A stretch of DNA of 63,372 nt from Bacteroidales bacterium (GTDB taxonomy: Bacteria > Bacteroidota > Bacteroidia > Bacteroidales > UBA1715): the NCBI GenBank assembly GCA_027858745.1, contig JAQICB010000106.1:1-63372 (forward strand), given 5' to 3'. The position numbers and the translations under genes were made by a program. Positions 38,033 to 48,969 of this stretch are shown here, piece after piece. The notes beneath the pieces were generated by a model. It was not told where the DNA came from. It saw nothing but the letters and a program-made list of their open reading frames with translations, and did not search any database. How positions within the stretch are numbered: position 1 is the stretch's first letter; every line of letters starts with the position of its first letter.

Positions 38033-40171
38033 TTATTCTTCGGAATCAGCATCAGCTAATATAAAATCAAGTTGTCGTTTGATTAAGTCTGCCCTTACAA
38101 TTTTTATGGTAACAGTGTCACCAAGTGTGTAAATGTGATTATGAAATTTGCCGCGCAGACAGTAATTTTTGTCGTCGAAAATATATTGATCGTCGTCTAA
38201 ATCCCTAATAGAAACCATCCCCTCACATAAATTCTCCTTAATTTCAACGAACATTCCCCATTCAGTTACGCCCGAAACAACACCTTCAAAAACTTCTCCT
38301 AAATGATCTTTCATCCATTCTACTTGTTTGTATTTAATAGATGCTCGCTCGGCATTAGATGCAAGTAATTCTCGGCTTGAAGAGTGTTTACATAATTCCT
38401 CAAAAAATGTCACATCAGCAGATTTTTGTTCGTGCAGATATCGATTGAGAAGTCGGTGCACCATCATGTCCGGATATCGTCTGATGGGCGATGTGAAGTG
38501 AGTGTAGTGAGCAAAGGCTAAGCCGTAGTGCCCAATATTTTCGGTAGAATATGAAGCTTTTGCCATAGAACGAACGGCAAGCGTTTCAAAAACATTTTGT
38601 TCTTTTTTGTTCTTAATATCATCAAGAAGTTTGTTGATTGATTTTGATGTTGCACTGTCGCCTGAAGTATTAATTTTATATCCGAATTTTTTAATGAAAT
38701 TTGAAAAATCCATTAATTTAAATTCATCCGGTTTATCGTGAATCCTATACACAAACGTTGGATTTCCTTTTTTCTTGCTGATAAATTCGGCTACTTTTCT
38801 ATTTGCAAGTAACATAAATTCCTCAATCAGTTTGTTTGCATCTTTCGATTCTTTATAGTAAATACTGATTGGTTTTCCGTCTTTGTCTATATTAAATTTT
38901 ACTTCTTTTCGATCAAAAGCAATGGCACCGTTAGAAAATCGCTTTGCACGTAATTTTTTCGCAAGCGTATTCATTATTTCTAATTCCTGTGCAAGGTCGC
39001 CCTCTTTATTTTCAATGACTTGTTGGGCATCTTCGTATGAAAACCTTTTGTCAGAATTAATAATTGTTCTGCCAAACCATTCGGATAAAATTTCTGCATC
39101 TTCGTTAATTGTAAATACGGCAGAAAACGTAAGCTTATCTTCGTTTGGACGAAGAGAACACACTTTATTCGATAATTTTTCCGGGAGCATCGGCACAACA
39201 CGGTCAACTAAATAGACTGAGGTTGCTCGTGCTTGAGCTTCTTTTTCCAGTTTTGAATCTTCGGTAATGTAATGCGTAACATCTGCTATGTGAACCCCAA
39301 TTTCATAGGTGTTGTTTTCAAGAAACTGAATAGATAAGGCATCATCAAAATCTTTCGCATCGTGCGGGTCTATTGTAAATGTGGTAATGTTTCGAAAATC
39401 TTTTCGCGACTGTATTTCCGATTTAGAAATTTCTTCAGGAATATATTTTGCAGCATCTTCTATTTCTTGTGCAAATTTGTATGGTAGCTGAAACTCTGCA
39501 AGTATTGCGTGCATTTCAGTTTCATTATCGCCGACATTACCAAGTACAGTTGTAATTGTTCCAATTGGATTTTTAGCTTTTTTCGGCCATTCTGTAATTT
39601 TTACAACAACTTTTTGTCCATCTTGTGCTCCGCCTAAATCGTCGTGCGATACAAAAATATCATAAGGTGCTTTTTTATTATCGACAATGACAAATGCATA
39701 TTTATTGTTTTTTTCAACAATGCCAACAAATTCGCGACGACCTTTTTCTAAAATTTCAATAATCTCACCTTCAGGTCTTCTGCGAGATGTTTGGGCAAAT
39801 AAATATACTTTTACCGTGTCGCCATGAAGTGCATGATGAAGGTTTGGTGGTGCAATAAAGATGTCTTCTTCGGTTTCGGGAGAAATTATGTATGCCGTTC
39901 CGTATGGTGTCGAGTCAACTTTCCCAACTATATATCCCGATTGTGATTTTAATCGATACTTGCCTACATTTACCTCTTCAATTTCTTCTTTTTGACTGAG
40001 AATATTGAGGGTGTGATTAATCTTATTTTTTCCTTCTTCGTCGGTAATGTGCAGACGAGAACTTATTTGTTTTACATTATAGGGCTTTCGGGGAGATGAC
40101 CGAAAAATATGTAGTATTTTCGCAGTAAGATCTTGTTGTTGTGCCGGGGAATGTTTTTTTTTCTTTTTCAT
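38033..40171 (-). CDS. rnr: ribonuclease R
   Basis: 712 aa with RNB catalytic-domain motifs (DPHDAKDFDDALS) and a C-terminal S1 domain. Confidence 0.9.
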   Translation of the reverse strand: MKKKKKHSPAQQQDLTAKILHIFRSSPRKPYNVKQISSRLHITDEEGKNKINHTLNILSQKEEIEEVNVGKYRLKSQSGYIVGKVDSTPYGTAYIISPETEEDIFIAPPNLHHALHGDTVKVYLFAQTSRRRPEGEIIEILEKGRREFVGIVEKNNKYAFVIVDNKKAPYDIFVSHDDLGGAQDGQKVVVKITEWPKKAKNPIGTITTVLGNVGDNETEMHAILAEFQLPYKFAQEIEDAAKYIPEEISKSEIQSRKDFRNITTFTIDPHDAKDFDDALSIQFLENNTYEIGVHIADVTHYITEDSKLEKEAQARATSVYLVDRVVPMLPEKLSNKVCSLRPNEDKLTFSAVFTINEDAEILSEWFGRTIINSDKRFSYEDAQQVIENKEGDLAQELEIMNTLAKKLRAKRFSNGAIAFDRKEVKFNIDKDGKPISIYYKESKDANKLIEEFMLLANRKVAEFISKKKGNPTFVYRIHDKPDEFKLMDFSNFIKKFGYKINTSGDSATSKSINKLLDDIKNKKEQNVFETLAVRSMAKASYSTENIGHYGLAFAHYTHFTSPIRRYPDMMVHRLLNRYLHEQKSADVTFFEELCKHSSSRELLASNAERASIKYKQVEWMKDHLGEVFEGVVSGVTEWGMFVEIKENLCEGMVSIRDLDDDQYIFDDKNYCLRGKFHNHIYTLGDTVTIKIVRADLIKRQLDFILADADSEE

Positions 40172-40334
40172 ATGTTTTCTTTCTTTTTTTTAGTTACACC
40201 CGCCTATTTTGGAGGGGTATAGATAATAAATTAAGTTATGATTACACTTTTTATTATGCATGTTTTCAATATATATCTTATTATTACAAGTATACCAAAA
40301 AAAAAGTAATTAAACGATTCCTTTCCGTAAAGAT

Positions 40335-41048
40335 TTATTGTAATTGCGAACGATACATTTTGATTGTGTGTTCTAATCCAAAATATAAGGCATCAGAAAT
40401 TAAGGCATGTCCGATTGAAACTTCATCTAAAAAAGGAATGTTTGTATAAAAAAAGTGTAAATTTTCTAAATTTAAGTCGTGACCGGCATTTATGCCCAGA
40501 CCAATGGAGTGTGCAAATTTGGAAGCTTCTGCGAATTTTTGAATCGCAGAATTTTTATCCTCATTAAATTGGAGAGCATAAGGTTCGGTAAACAACTCTA
40601 TTCTATCAGCTCCCAGTTCGCGAGCATTTTTTATAAAAGATATATTGGGGTCAACAAATATTGAGACGCGAATATTCGCTGACTGTAGTTTTTTTGTGAC
40701 AGATTGTAAAAAATCTTTATGTTTTATGGTATCCCATCCCGTATTCGATGTGAGAGCTTCAGGAGGGTCGGGGACAAGAGTTACTTGTGCCGGTTTTACC
40801 GCGGTAACCATGTTTAAAAATGAATCCGATGGGTATCCTTCAACATTCAATTCTGAAGAAATATGTTGTTTTAATTCAGGCACATCAGCATATCGAATAT
40901 GCCGCTCGTCCGGACGAGGATGAACTGTAATTCCTTGTGCTCCATATTTTTCGCAATCAAGAGCAATTTGGAGAACATTGGGCATGTTGCCTCCTCGTGA
41001 GTTTCGAATTAATGCTATTTTATTTATGTTTACACTTAATGCTGTCAT
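40335..41048 (-). CDS. pdxJ: pyridoxine 5'-phosphate synthase
   Basis: LSVNINKIALIRNSRG start and GHDLN motifs; 237 aa. Confidence 0.9.
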   Translation of the reverse strand: MTALSVNINKIALIRNSRGGNMPNVLQIALDCEKYGAQGITVHPRPDERHIRYADVPELKQHISSELNVEGYPSDSFLNMVTAVKPAQVTLVPDPPEALTSNTGWDTIKHKDFLQSVTKKLQSANIRVSIFVDPNISFIKNARELGADRIELFTEPYALQFNEDKNSAIQKFAEASKFAHSIGLGINAGHDLNLENLHFFYTNIPFLDEVSIGHALISDALYFGLEHTIKMYRSQLQ

Positions 41049-41172
41049 TCTGTTTGTAATTTAATTTTAAGCGTGTAAATTTACAATATAATTCTTGTTG
41101 AGTTAAAAAAATAGTTGTATCTTTTTATAAACAGTTGATTTTTTTGTTTTATTTGTATCTTTAATTATAATT

Positions 41173-41838
41173 ATGATAGCACGAACACTTCTTGTTGATA
41201 CAATACAACCTCTTAAGGATACTATGACCGAAGAGGAGGCCTATGAACGTATGCGTTCTAATAAGCTGTTTCATTTACCGGTTGTTTCAAAAAACAACAA
41301 GTTATGTGGTTTAGTTTCAGAAGAAGATATATATATGGCACATAATGGTACTATTTTGGGAAAACATCCCGAAAAATTTAGTCCAATAAAAGTGTTCGCT
41401 CATCAGCACGTTTTTGAAGTTTCCGAATTGGTATTCAACCAAAATATTTCCTGTGTTCCAGTTGTTGAAGAAGCTGATGATTATATAGGCTTAATAACCG
41501 CGAATGAGTTAATGAAATTTTTTACACATCTTTATTCATATCATAGTAATGGTGCTATTATTGTTTTGTCTGTTTTAATTCAAGACTACAGTTTAAGTCA
41601 GATTTCTCGTATTATTGAAGAAAATAATGCTAAAATCTTGAATTTGTATACTGATATTAGCGAAGATTCTACAAGTATGGATGTTATCATAAAACTAAAT
41701 ACCCATGAAATAAGTTCTATTTTGCAGACATTTTCTCGGTTTGATTATATTGTAAAAACGTATTATGAAGGCTACGATAAGTTGCACGCTATGTACAAAG
41801 ATAGAATTGAGTCAGTATTGAATTATTTAAATATATAA
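41173..41838 (+). CDS. CBS-domain pair protein
   Basis: Two CBS-like units (HLPVV..., CVPVVEE...). Conserved partner upstream of nadK. Confidence 0.7.
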   Translation: MIARTLLVDTIQPLKDTMTEEEAYERMRSNKLFHLPVVSKNNKLCGLVSEEDIYMAHNGTILGKHPEKFSPIKVFAHQHVFEVSELVFNQNISCVPVVEEADDYIGLITANELMKFFTHLYSYHSNGAIIVLSVLIQDYSLSQISRIIEENNAKILNLYTDISEDSTSMDVIIKLNTHEISSILQTFSRFDYIVKTYYEGYDKLHAMYKDRIESVLNYLNI

Positions 41839-41840
41839 AC

Positions 41841-42713
41841 ATGTTGTCTGTTGCAATATATGGAGTTTCTATTTCTGCTAATCATTTTAAATCAATATAT
41901 TCCTTATTGCATTTAATTCATGAGAATAATATTCAGATTTATATTTATAAATCATTTCATACACATTTAGAATCCACAACTTTCACCTTCGATTTTCCGG
42001 TCTTTTCTCGTATAGACGAATATGAAGTCGACTATATTTTTAGTATAGGTGGAGATGGTACGTTTTTGAAATGTGCTCATTTATTTTATCAATACGAAAA
42101 ACCGATGTTGGGAATTAATTTTGGAAAACTCGGATTTCTGGCAGATGTTACGCCGAATAATATTCAAACAGTTATTCAAGATATTATTTCCCGACGATTT
42201 GATATTCAACCCCGCACATTATTGTCATACTCTTTACCAATAAATTCAGATACTGTTGAAGGTGTAGCCTTGAATGAAATATCTTTGCAAAAGAGTAATA
42301 TATTAAAACTTATAAAAATTAATATATCTATCGATAATTCATATTTTTGTTCTTTTTGGGCAGATGGTGTTATCGTGAGTACACCTACCGGTTCAACCGG
42401 ATATTCTTTAAGTTTGGGCGGTCCAATTATTGCCCCGAATAGTAATTCGTTTATTATATTGCCAATCGCACCACATACATTAAGTGTGAGACCGATTATA
42501 ATTTCGGATTCAAGCAAAATTGTTATTGAGGCAGAAGGGGAGTATACAAATTTTTTGTTGTCGAACGATCATAAAAGTTCGTTAATTAATGTGAAACCAC
42601 GTATAGAAATCAGAAAATCTACTATTAATGTTAATACAATACAGTTGCATTCGGAAACATTTTTTGACACCTTACGTAAAAAATTAAATTTGGGTTTAGA
42701 TTTAAGAAAGTAA
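41841..42713 (+). CDS. nadK: NAD(+) kinase
   Basis: GGDGTFL and STPTGSTGYSLS motifs. Confidence 0.9.
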   Translation: MLSVAIYGVSISANHFKSIYSLLHLIHENNIQIYIYKSFHTHLESTTFTFDFPVFSRIDEYEVDYIFSIGGDGTFLKCAHLFYQYEKPMLGINFGKLGFLADVTPNNIQTVIQDIISRRFDIQPRTLLSYSLPINSDTVEGVALNEISLQKSNILKLIKINISIDNSYFCSFWADGVIVSTPTGSTGYSLSLGGPIIAPNSNSFIILPIAPHTLSVRPIIISDSSKIVIEAEGEYTNFLLSNDHKSSLINVKPRIEIRKSTINVNTIQLHSETFFDTLRKKLNLGLDLRK

Positions 42714-42772
42714 GAATACTATACTTTTTTTTGTTTTAATTAAATATAGGTTATATTTTTACGGTAAATTTT

Positions 42773-43729
42773 TTGTTAATGAGTAAATTATATACATTTT
42801 TATTTCTTATAGGTTTTTTTCTTTTATCAAATCCTTATAAGGGGCACTCTCAGGCTGATTGGGTTCGGTATAGATATGAAATAAACGGTGGTATTGGTCC
42901 TTCATTTTTTCTCGGCGAGTTAGGCGGGAATAATGGTATTGGTCAGAATAATATTCTCGACCTTGATTGGGGAGCAACAAGAATTGGCGGGCATATTGGC
43001 GGTCGTTATTTTATTCAACAACGACTTGCGGTACAAGCTTCATTCACGTTTGGTCTCATTCACGGGAGTGATGAAAATACGGAAGAGTTTTACCGAAATT
43101 ATCGCAATGTTTCGTTTCGAAGCCCTATTTATGAGTTTCATACGCGAATTGAGTATAAAATTAGACAAGAACGTTCCGGGCACAGATATGATTTAAAAGG
43201 TGTTCGCGGACGACGTGCTGTGAAATTAGTTACTTATGCTTTTGTGGGAGTAGGTGTTTTCTATTTTAATCCGCAAGCAAAAATTGATGATACATGGATT
43301 AATCTCCGTCCTATAGGAACAGAAGGACAGAATTTTATGGAAACACGTAAGCCGTATTCTCGTGTTGCGATGTCAATTCCATGTGGACTTCAGGTGAAAT
43401 ATTTAGCGAACAGATACTGGTCTTTTTCTTTTGAAGTTGGACCACGCTTTCTTTTTACCGATTATTTAGATGACGTGAGTTCGACGTATGCAAGTCCCGA
43501 TTTAATAGCTGACAATCAAAATGTGGTGCCCGATTATATAGCAAAATTACTTGCAGATCCTGCCTACGAAAGTAATATGCGACCAACTCCTCAGGGAGGG
43601 CTTACGTACGGATATTATAACGAACAAAGAGGAGACCCGTATGATAATGATTTCTATATGTTTGCAATGATTACAGTTCACTATAAGTTGAAAGCAAATA
43701 GAAACGGATGGCCTACTTTTCAAAAATAA
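42773..43729 (+). CDS. outer-membrane beta-barrel protein, DUF6089-like
   Basis: Signal peptide and alternating beta-strand pattern. It holds the position upstream of uppS-bamA, as in other Bacteroidota. Confidence 0.6.
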   Translation: MLMSKLYTFLFLIGFFLLSNPYKGHSQADWVRYRYEINGGIGPSFFLGELGGNNGIGQNNILDLDWGATRIGGHIGGRYFIQQRLAVQASFTFGLIHGSDENTEEFYRNYRNVSFRSPIYEFHTRIEYKIRQERSGHRYDLKGVRGRRAVKLVTYAFVGVGVFYFNPQAKIDDTWINLRPIGTEGQNFMETRKPYSRVAMSIPCGLQVKYLANRYWSFSFEVGPRFLFTDYLDDVSSTYASPDLIADNQNVVPDYIAKLLADPAYESNMRPTPQGGLTYGYYNEQRGDPYDNDFYMFAMITVHYKLKANRNGWPTFQK

Positions 43730-43835
43730 ATTTCTATTTGAATAATTTTGCGGTGTTTCTCTCGTTAATTTGGCAACTTATTTCATGCAAAATATTATTT
43801 TTGCATTGAAAAATAAAGAAATAGTTGTCTCAATC

Positions 43836-44549
43836 ATGTTTTTATCAACCAAAAGATTATTACTATGTTTGCTGATTATTCTTCCCGCTGTGCATATTTG
43901 TGCACAAACGAAGGAGTTTAATATCGGTTTTTTTGTCGGCACCTCACAATACAATGGTGATGTTAATATGACAAAAGCATATTATTCGCCACATATTTCC
44001 GGCGGAATTTTTGCAAAACAAGTGTATAATTATCATTATTCTGCCCGATATGCTATTACATATGGTGAGTTAAAAGGCTTTGATTCTGATTTTAAAAATT
44101 TATATCAATACCATAGAGGGCACTCATTTCGTGATAATAATTTGTATGAATTTTCTGCCGTATGTGAGTTTAATTTTTTTGAAGTAAACCCCGATAGAGA
44201 CGAGAAAAATGTGTCTCCCTATGTTATTGGTGGGGTAGCAATGTTTTTTATAGATGATTTGGAATGGTATCAAGTTTTTAATTTTCCCATGGGATTAGGA
44301 ATGAAATTTCGAATTGCAACGCGTACAGAATTAAGTGTCGAGTGGGTGTTTCGAAAAACATTTACCGATAGATTAGATAAAATGGAATCATCTGGATTAG
44401 GATATAAGAATTTCAAACAATACTCTTTCGATAATACCAAAGATTGGTATTCTATCGCATCGGTATCGTTGTCATTTTGTTTTCTCAATCCACAAAGTTC
44501 TTGTCCTGTATATTATAAAAAACCATATGAACTTAGACGAAATAGATAA
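43836..44549 (+). CDS. outer-membrane beta-barrel protein, DUF6089-like paralogue
   Basis: The likely start is MFLSTKRLLLCLLIILPAVHICAQ (signal peptide); the ORF track starts at 43770. It shares GG..Y.GD / F...F motifs with the upstream gene. Confidence 0.55.
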   Translation: MFLSTKRLLLCLLIILPAVHICAQTKEFNIGFFVGTSQYNGDVNMTKAYYSPHISGGIFAKQVYNYHYSARYAITYGELKGFDSDFKNLYQYHRGHSFRDNNLYEFSAVCEFNFFEVNPDRDEKNVSPYVIGGVAMFFIDDLEWYQVFNFPMGLGMKFRIATRTELSVEWVFRKTFTDRLDKMESSGLGYKNFKQYSFDNTKDWYSIASVSLSFCFLNPQSSCPVYYKKPYELRRNR

Positions 44550-45267
44550 AAATAAACTGCCATCCCATGTCGCTATTATTATGGATGGTAATGGAAGGTG
44601 GGCAAAAAATAAGTCTAAATCTCGACTTGTTGGTCATCAAAAAGGTGCAGAAACCGTTGATGAAATAGTTACAGTAGCAGCTGAACTACAAATATCGTAT
44701 ATGACGTTGTATGCTTTTTCTACCGAAAATTGGCACCGACCACAACCGGAAGTTTCCGGATTAATGGATTTGTTGGTTAATATGTTAAATAAGTATATTA
44801 AAAAACTACACGATAATAATATTCGTTTGTTAGTTATTGGTGAAACCGACAGTCTTCCCCCAAAAACAAGAAAGAAATTAGCAGATTCTATTAAAAAATT
44901 ACAGCAAAATACAGGATTAACTCTTATACTTGCACTCAGTTATAGTTCTCGTTGGGAAATAACTGAAATGGTAAAATCTGTAGCTCAAGAATGTCTTGAT
45001 TCTCAGATGAATGTGAAAGATATTAATCAGCATGTTGTGTCCCAATTTTTGTGCACAAAAAATATTCCCGATCCGGAATTATTAATACGCACAAGTGGGG
45101 AATATAGAATAAGTAATTTTCTGTTATGGCAGTTAGCATATACCGAATTTTATTTTACCGATGTGTTGTGGCCCGATTTTAATCGCCAGGATTTTTTGAA
45201 AGCTATTGTAGATTTTCAAAAGCGTGAAAGAAGATTTGGTAAGACAGGAGAACAGTTGAATAAATAA
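44527..45267 (+). CDS. uppS: isoprenyl transferase (undecaprenyl diphosphate synthase)
   Basis: HVAIIMDGNGRWA and ELLIRTSGEYRISNFLLWQ motifs. Confidence 0.9.
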   Translation: MNLDEIDKNKLPSHVAIIMDGNGRWAKNKSKSRLVGHQKGAETVDEIVTVAAELQISYMTLYAFSTENWHRPQPEVSGLMDLLVNMLNKYIKKLHDNNIRLLVIGETDSLPPKTRKKLADSIKKLQQNTGLTLILALSYSSRWEITEMVKSVAQECLDSQMNVKDINQHVVSQFLCTKNIPDPELLIRTSGEYRISNFLLWQLAYTEFYFTDVLWPDFNRQDFLKAIVDFQKRERRFGKTGEQLNK

Positions 45268-45356
45268 TACACAATCCCGATTACGCCAGGTGTAAAATAT
45301 GTTTTGAGTGCATAATTGGGAAGATATAATAAATAATTTTAGTATAAAATATACAT

Positions 45357-47822
45357 ATGAAGTATTTAAAAAGAATTTTTGTTTTTGTTACGATAATTAG
45401 TGTTGCATCTTGTAATCTTTTTGCTCAGATTGATAAGTCTTTTATGGAGCCTCGTGAATATACTATAGCAGAATTAAAAGTCGAAGGGATTGAGTTTTTG
45501 CAACCTTTACCTATATTAAAAACTACCGGACTACGAGTAGGACAAAAAATAAAGATTCCGGGACCGGAAATTTCTCATGTTATTACAAAATTATGGAAAC
45601 AAGATTTGTTTTCAGATGTGAAAGTGTATGCGTCAAAAATTGAAGGCGATGAGGTGTATTTGACCATTTATTTGAAAGAACGTGCACGTTTGAATTCTTT
45701 AACTTTTACGGGTGTTAAGAAAGGTGAGGAGCAGGATTTGAGAGAAATAATTAATTTTAATTTGCATATGCAAGTTAATGAAAACAAAAAAAATATTGCT
45801 CGTAAAAAGATAGAAGACTATTTTTATGAAAAAGGATATTTTAATGTTGAGGTAAATATTAATGAAGAACTTGATACAGCTAAATTTAATCGCTCTAATG
45901 TATATGTTTCTATAACGAAACATGATCGGGTGAAAATTGAATCAATTTCATTTACCGGTAATACCGAGTTTAAAGAAACAAAGTTGAGACGTTTGATGAA
46001 AAATACGAAACGAAAAGCTTGGTTTATTTTGAAACGTTCAAAATATATTCCTAGATTATATGAAGACGATAAAGATAAAATAATAGAAAAGTATAAAGAA
46101 AACGGATATAGAGATGCTTCGATAGAACATGATACTGTCTATTTTATTGATTCAACATTGTTGAAAATAGAAATTGACATTAATGAAGGAAAAAAATACT
46201 TTTACCGTTCTATTACCTGGTTAGGTAATTCAAAATATCCTACTGAATTACTTTCTGCTCTGTTGTCTATAGAGTCGGGAGATGTGTATAATGAAGCATA
46301 TTTGCAAGAACGAATTTTTGGCATGGATGGAGTAAGTGCGGTATATTTAGATAATGGATATTTATTTTTTAATGCAGAACCCATTGAAACAAAAGTTGAG
46401 GGTGATTCGGTTGATATTCAAATACGAATTTATGAAGGGCCACAAGCTGTTATCAATAGAGTAATCGTAAAAGGTAACACCAAAACGAATGATCATGTTA
46501 TTTATCGCGAAATTCGCACAAAACCGGGCTCTTTATTTAGTCGTGCAGAGATTATTCGTACTCAAAGAGAGTTGGCGATGTTAGGTTATTTCGATCCTGA
46601 AAATATGGGTATTAATCCCAAACCAAACCCGGAAGATGGTACGGTTGATATAGAATATGTCTTGAAAGAAAAATCAAATGACCAAATTGAATTGTCAGGT
46701 GGTTGGAGTGGACAGTATGTGGTTGGGTCGGTACGTTTAGTTTTGAATAATTTTTCGGCTCGCAATATGTTTAACAAATCAGAATGGCGACCAATACCTT
46801 CCGGCGATGGTCAGCAGGTTTCATTGAGTGCTTCGGTTAATCCTCGTTGGTATCAGTCATTCAGTTTTTCATTTATGGAACCATGGTTGGGAGGCAAAAA
46901 GCCAAATGCTTTGAGTGTGTCTACATATTACTCAATTCGAGCAAATGGTCAGGAACGCGGAAGTGAAAATTTTGGTGATTGGCGAACCCTCGGTGTTACC
47001 GTAGGTATGCAACGCAGCCTTAAAAAACCGGATGATTATTTTACATTATATCATGATTTGAGTGTGAAACGCTATAAATTAAATCAATATTCGTATGGTT
47101 TACCGGCAGTATTTCCTGATAGCATTGTCAGTCGAAGTGTGTCACTCGGTACATCTTTTGGACGAAACTCTATTAATCAACCTTTATATCCCCGAAGAGG
47201 TTCTATGTTTTCCGTGAGAGTTGAATTGACACCGCCACATTCATACTTTAGAAATGATGATTCAGAGAATTTATCGGTACACGATAAATATAAGTGGATA
47301 GAATATCATAAGTGGACATTCAAATCAAAAATGTATACTGAATTAGCAGAAAAATTAGTGTTAGAAACCAAGATAAATATGGGGTTTTTAGCATATTATG
47401 ACAGAAATTTTCAATCACCTTTCGAAAGTTTTGATGTAGGGGGGGATGGTTTGTCCAATATTGTCCAATATGGTGTCGATGTCGTAACCCTTCGCGGGTA
47501 TTCAACGAGTGCATTAACTCCCGATGAGGGCGGTAATATGTATAATAAATTTTCACTCGAATTACGATACCCACTCACATTAAAACCGGAAGCTACCATT
47601 TATGGCTTAGTATTTGCTGAGGGTGGAAATGCGTGGACAGAATTTGAAAATTATAATCCATTCAATATAAAACGAAGTGCCGGTTTTGGTATTCGCGTTT
47701 TTATACCGATGATGGGCTTATTAGGATTTGACTTCGGGTATGGATTTGACCGATCAGATTCTAATCCAAATATCCCAATTGGAGGATGGCAACCAAGTTT
47801 TGTCCTTGGACAACAATTATAG
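45357..47822 (+). CDS. bamA: outer membrane protein assembly factor BamA
   Basis: 821 aa with POTRA-type N-terminal repeats and an Omp85 barrel. Followed by two skp/ompH genes. Confidence 0.9.
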   Translation: MKYLKRIFVFVTIISVASCNLFAQIDKSFMEPREYTIAELKVEGIEFLQPLPILKTTGLRVGQKIKIPGPEISHVITKLWKQDLFSDVKVYASKIEGDEVYLTIYLKERARLNSLTFTGVKKGEEQDLREIINFNLHMQVNENKKNIARKKIEDYFYEKGYFNVEVNINEELDTAKFNRSNVYVSITKHDRVKIESISFTGNTEFKETKLRRLMKNTKRKAWFILKRSKYIPRLYEDDKDKIIEKYKENGYRDASIEHDTVYFIDSTLLKIEIDINEGKKYFYRSITWLGNSKYPTELLSALLSIESGDVYNEAYLQERIFGMDGVSAVYLDNGYLFFNAEPIETKVEGDSVDIQIRIYEGPQAVINRVIVKGNTKTNDHVIYREIRTKPGSLFSRAEIIRTQRELAMLGYFDPENMGINPKPNPEDGTVDIEYVLKEKSNDQIELSGGWSGQYVVGSVRLVLNNFSARNMFNKSEWRPIPSGDGQQVSLSASVNPRWYQSFSFSFMEPWLGGKKPNALSVSTYYSIRANGQERGSENFGDWRTLGVTVGMQRSLKKPDDYFTLYHDLSVKRYKLNQYSYGLPAVFPDSIVSRSVSLGTSFGRNSINQPLYPRRGSMFSVRVELTPPHSYFRNDDSENLSVHDKYKWIEYHKWTFKSKMYTELAEKLVLETKINMGFLAYYDRNFQSPFESFDVGGDGLSNIVQYGVDVVTLRGYSTSALTPDEGGNMYNKFSLELRYPLTLKPEATIYGLVFAEGGNAWTEFENYNPFNIKRSAGFGIRVFIPMMGLLGFDFGYGFDRSDSNPNIPIGGWQPSFVLGQQL

Positions 47823-47845
47823 GTTAAACGTAAAATGTAAAAATT

Positions 47846-48361
47846 ATGAAAAAGTTTATTGTATTACTTAGTATTTTGTTTTTTTCGGTAGCTGCTTTAG
47901 CACAACGATCAGCGTATGTCGATACGGAATATATGTTGAATAAAATCCCGGCGTACAAAGAAGCTCAAGATCAGCTCGATAAATTAACAAAAGAATGGCA
48001 ACTTGAAATTCAAAAACAAATTGATTTGTTAGATGAAATGTATAAACAATATCAAGTTGATAAAGTTTTGCTATCAAACGACATGAGAGCAAAGCGTGAA
48101 CAACAAATTATTGAAAAAGAAAAAGAGGTAAAAGAATTGCAAAGAAGACGTTTTGGTCCCGAGGGTGACCGAATTGAAAAAGAGAAAGAACTGATCCAAC
48201 CGATTCAAGAAGAGGTTTTTACTGCAATTGAAACCTTTGCCAAAGATGGAAATTATGCATTTATTTTTGATGCTGCTTCAAGTACGATGACTATTATTTA
48301 CTCAGATAATAAATATGATATGAGTGATGAAATCTTAAAAAAATTGGGATATATAAAATAA
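47846..48361 (+). CDS. OmpH/Skp-family periplasmic chaperone
   Basis: Signal peptide and coiled-coil Lys/Glu/Gln-rich arms; 171 aa. Confidence 0.8.
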   Translation: MKKFIVLLSILFFSVAALAQRSAYVDTEYMLNKIPAYKEAQDQLDKLTKEWQLEIQKQIDLLDEMYKQYQVDKVLLSNDMRAKREQQIIEKEKEVKELQRRRFGPEGDRIEKEKELIQPIQEEVFTAIETFAKDGNYAFIFDAASSTMTIIYSDNKYDMSDEILKKLGYIK

Positions 48362-48419
48362 TAGTTATTTTTGTAAAAATTAATTTATAATCAAAACGTA
48401 AATAATAAAACCAAAAATT

Positions 48420-48935
48420 ATGAAAAACATTATCAAACTAATTATCGTTTTTTTCTTTATTTCAGGAGTAAGCTATGCGCAAAATCAAAAATTTGCTCAT
48501 GTCGATTTTGAAAAATTAGTAGAAGCAATGCCTGAAAAACAAGAAGCTCTTAATGCTTTACAAAAAGAGTATAAAGAAGCTCAGAATATGATAGAAGAAA
48601 TGAGTGTTGAGTTGAATCAAAAATATATGAATGCTCAAAAAAGTTATGATACTTTAAGTGATATGGGTAGACAAATGTTAGAAGAAGAGTTGATGTCACA
48701 ACAAAAACGAATTCAACAATATCAAACAAATGCTGAAGAAAAATTAATGCAAAGACGGGAAGCATTATTAAATCCGGTTATTGAAAAAGCACAACAAGCT
48801 ATTCAAGCTGTTGCCCTAGAAAAAGGATATGTTTATGTGTTTGATGTGAGTAAAGGTAGTCAGGTATTATATTTCTCCGGAAAAAGTGATGATATTTTGC
48901 CACTAGTAAAAAAACATCTTGGTATAGTCGAATAA
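48420..48935 (+). CDS. OmpH/Skp-family periplasmic chaperone (second copy)
   Basis: Same architecture as the upstream paralogue; 171 aa. Confidence 0.8.
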   Translation: MKNIIKLIIVFFFISGVSYAQNQKFAHVDFEKLVEAMPEKQEALNALQKEYKEAQNMIEEMSVELNQKYMNAQKSYDTLSDMGRQMLEEELMSQQKRIQQYQTNAEEKLMQRREALLNPVIEKAQQAIQAVALEKGYVYVFDVSKGSQVLYFSGKSDDILPLVKKHLGIVE

Positions 48936-48940
48936 ATATA

Positions 48941-48966
48941 AATGCCTCAAAAGAGGCATTTTTTTT
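48941..48966 (+). terminator. rho-independent terminator after the second skp gene
   Basis: AATGCCTC / AAAA / GAGGCATT followed by TTTTTT. It ends 3 nt before the murI ATG. Confidence 0.7.
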
Positions 48967-48969
48967 AGT

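Noticed and set aside
40172-40334. 163-bp gap between the rnr start and pdxJ end, examined for a structured RNA or repeat copy
   Set aside because: It contains only AT-rich sequence and a weak imperfect inverted repeat (TACACCCGCC...GGAGGGGTA). It has no similarity to the MITE-like family and no convincing hairpin plus U-tract.
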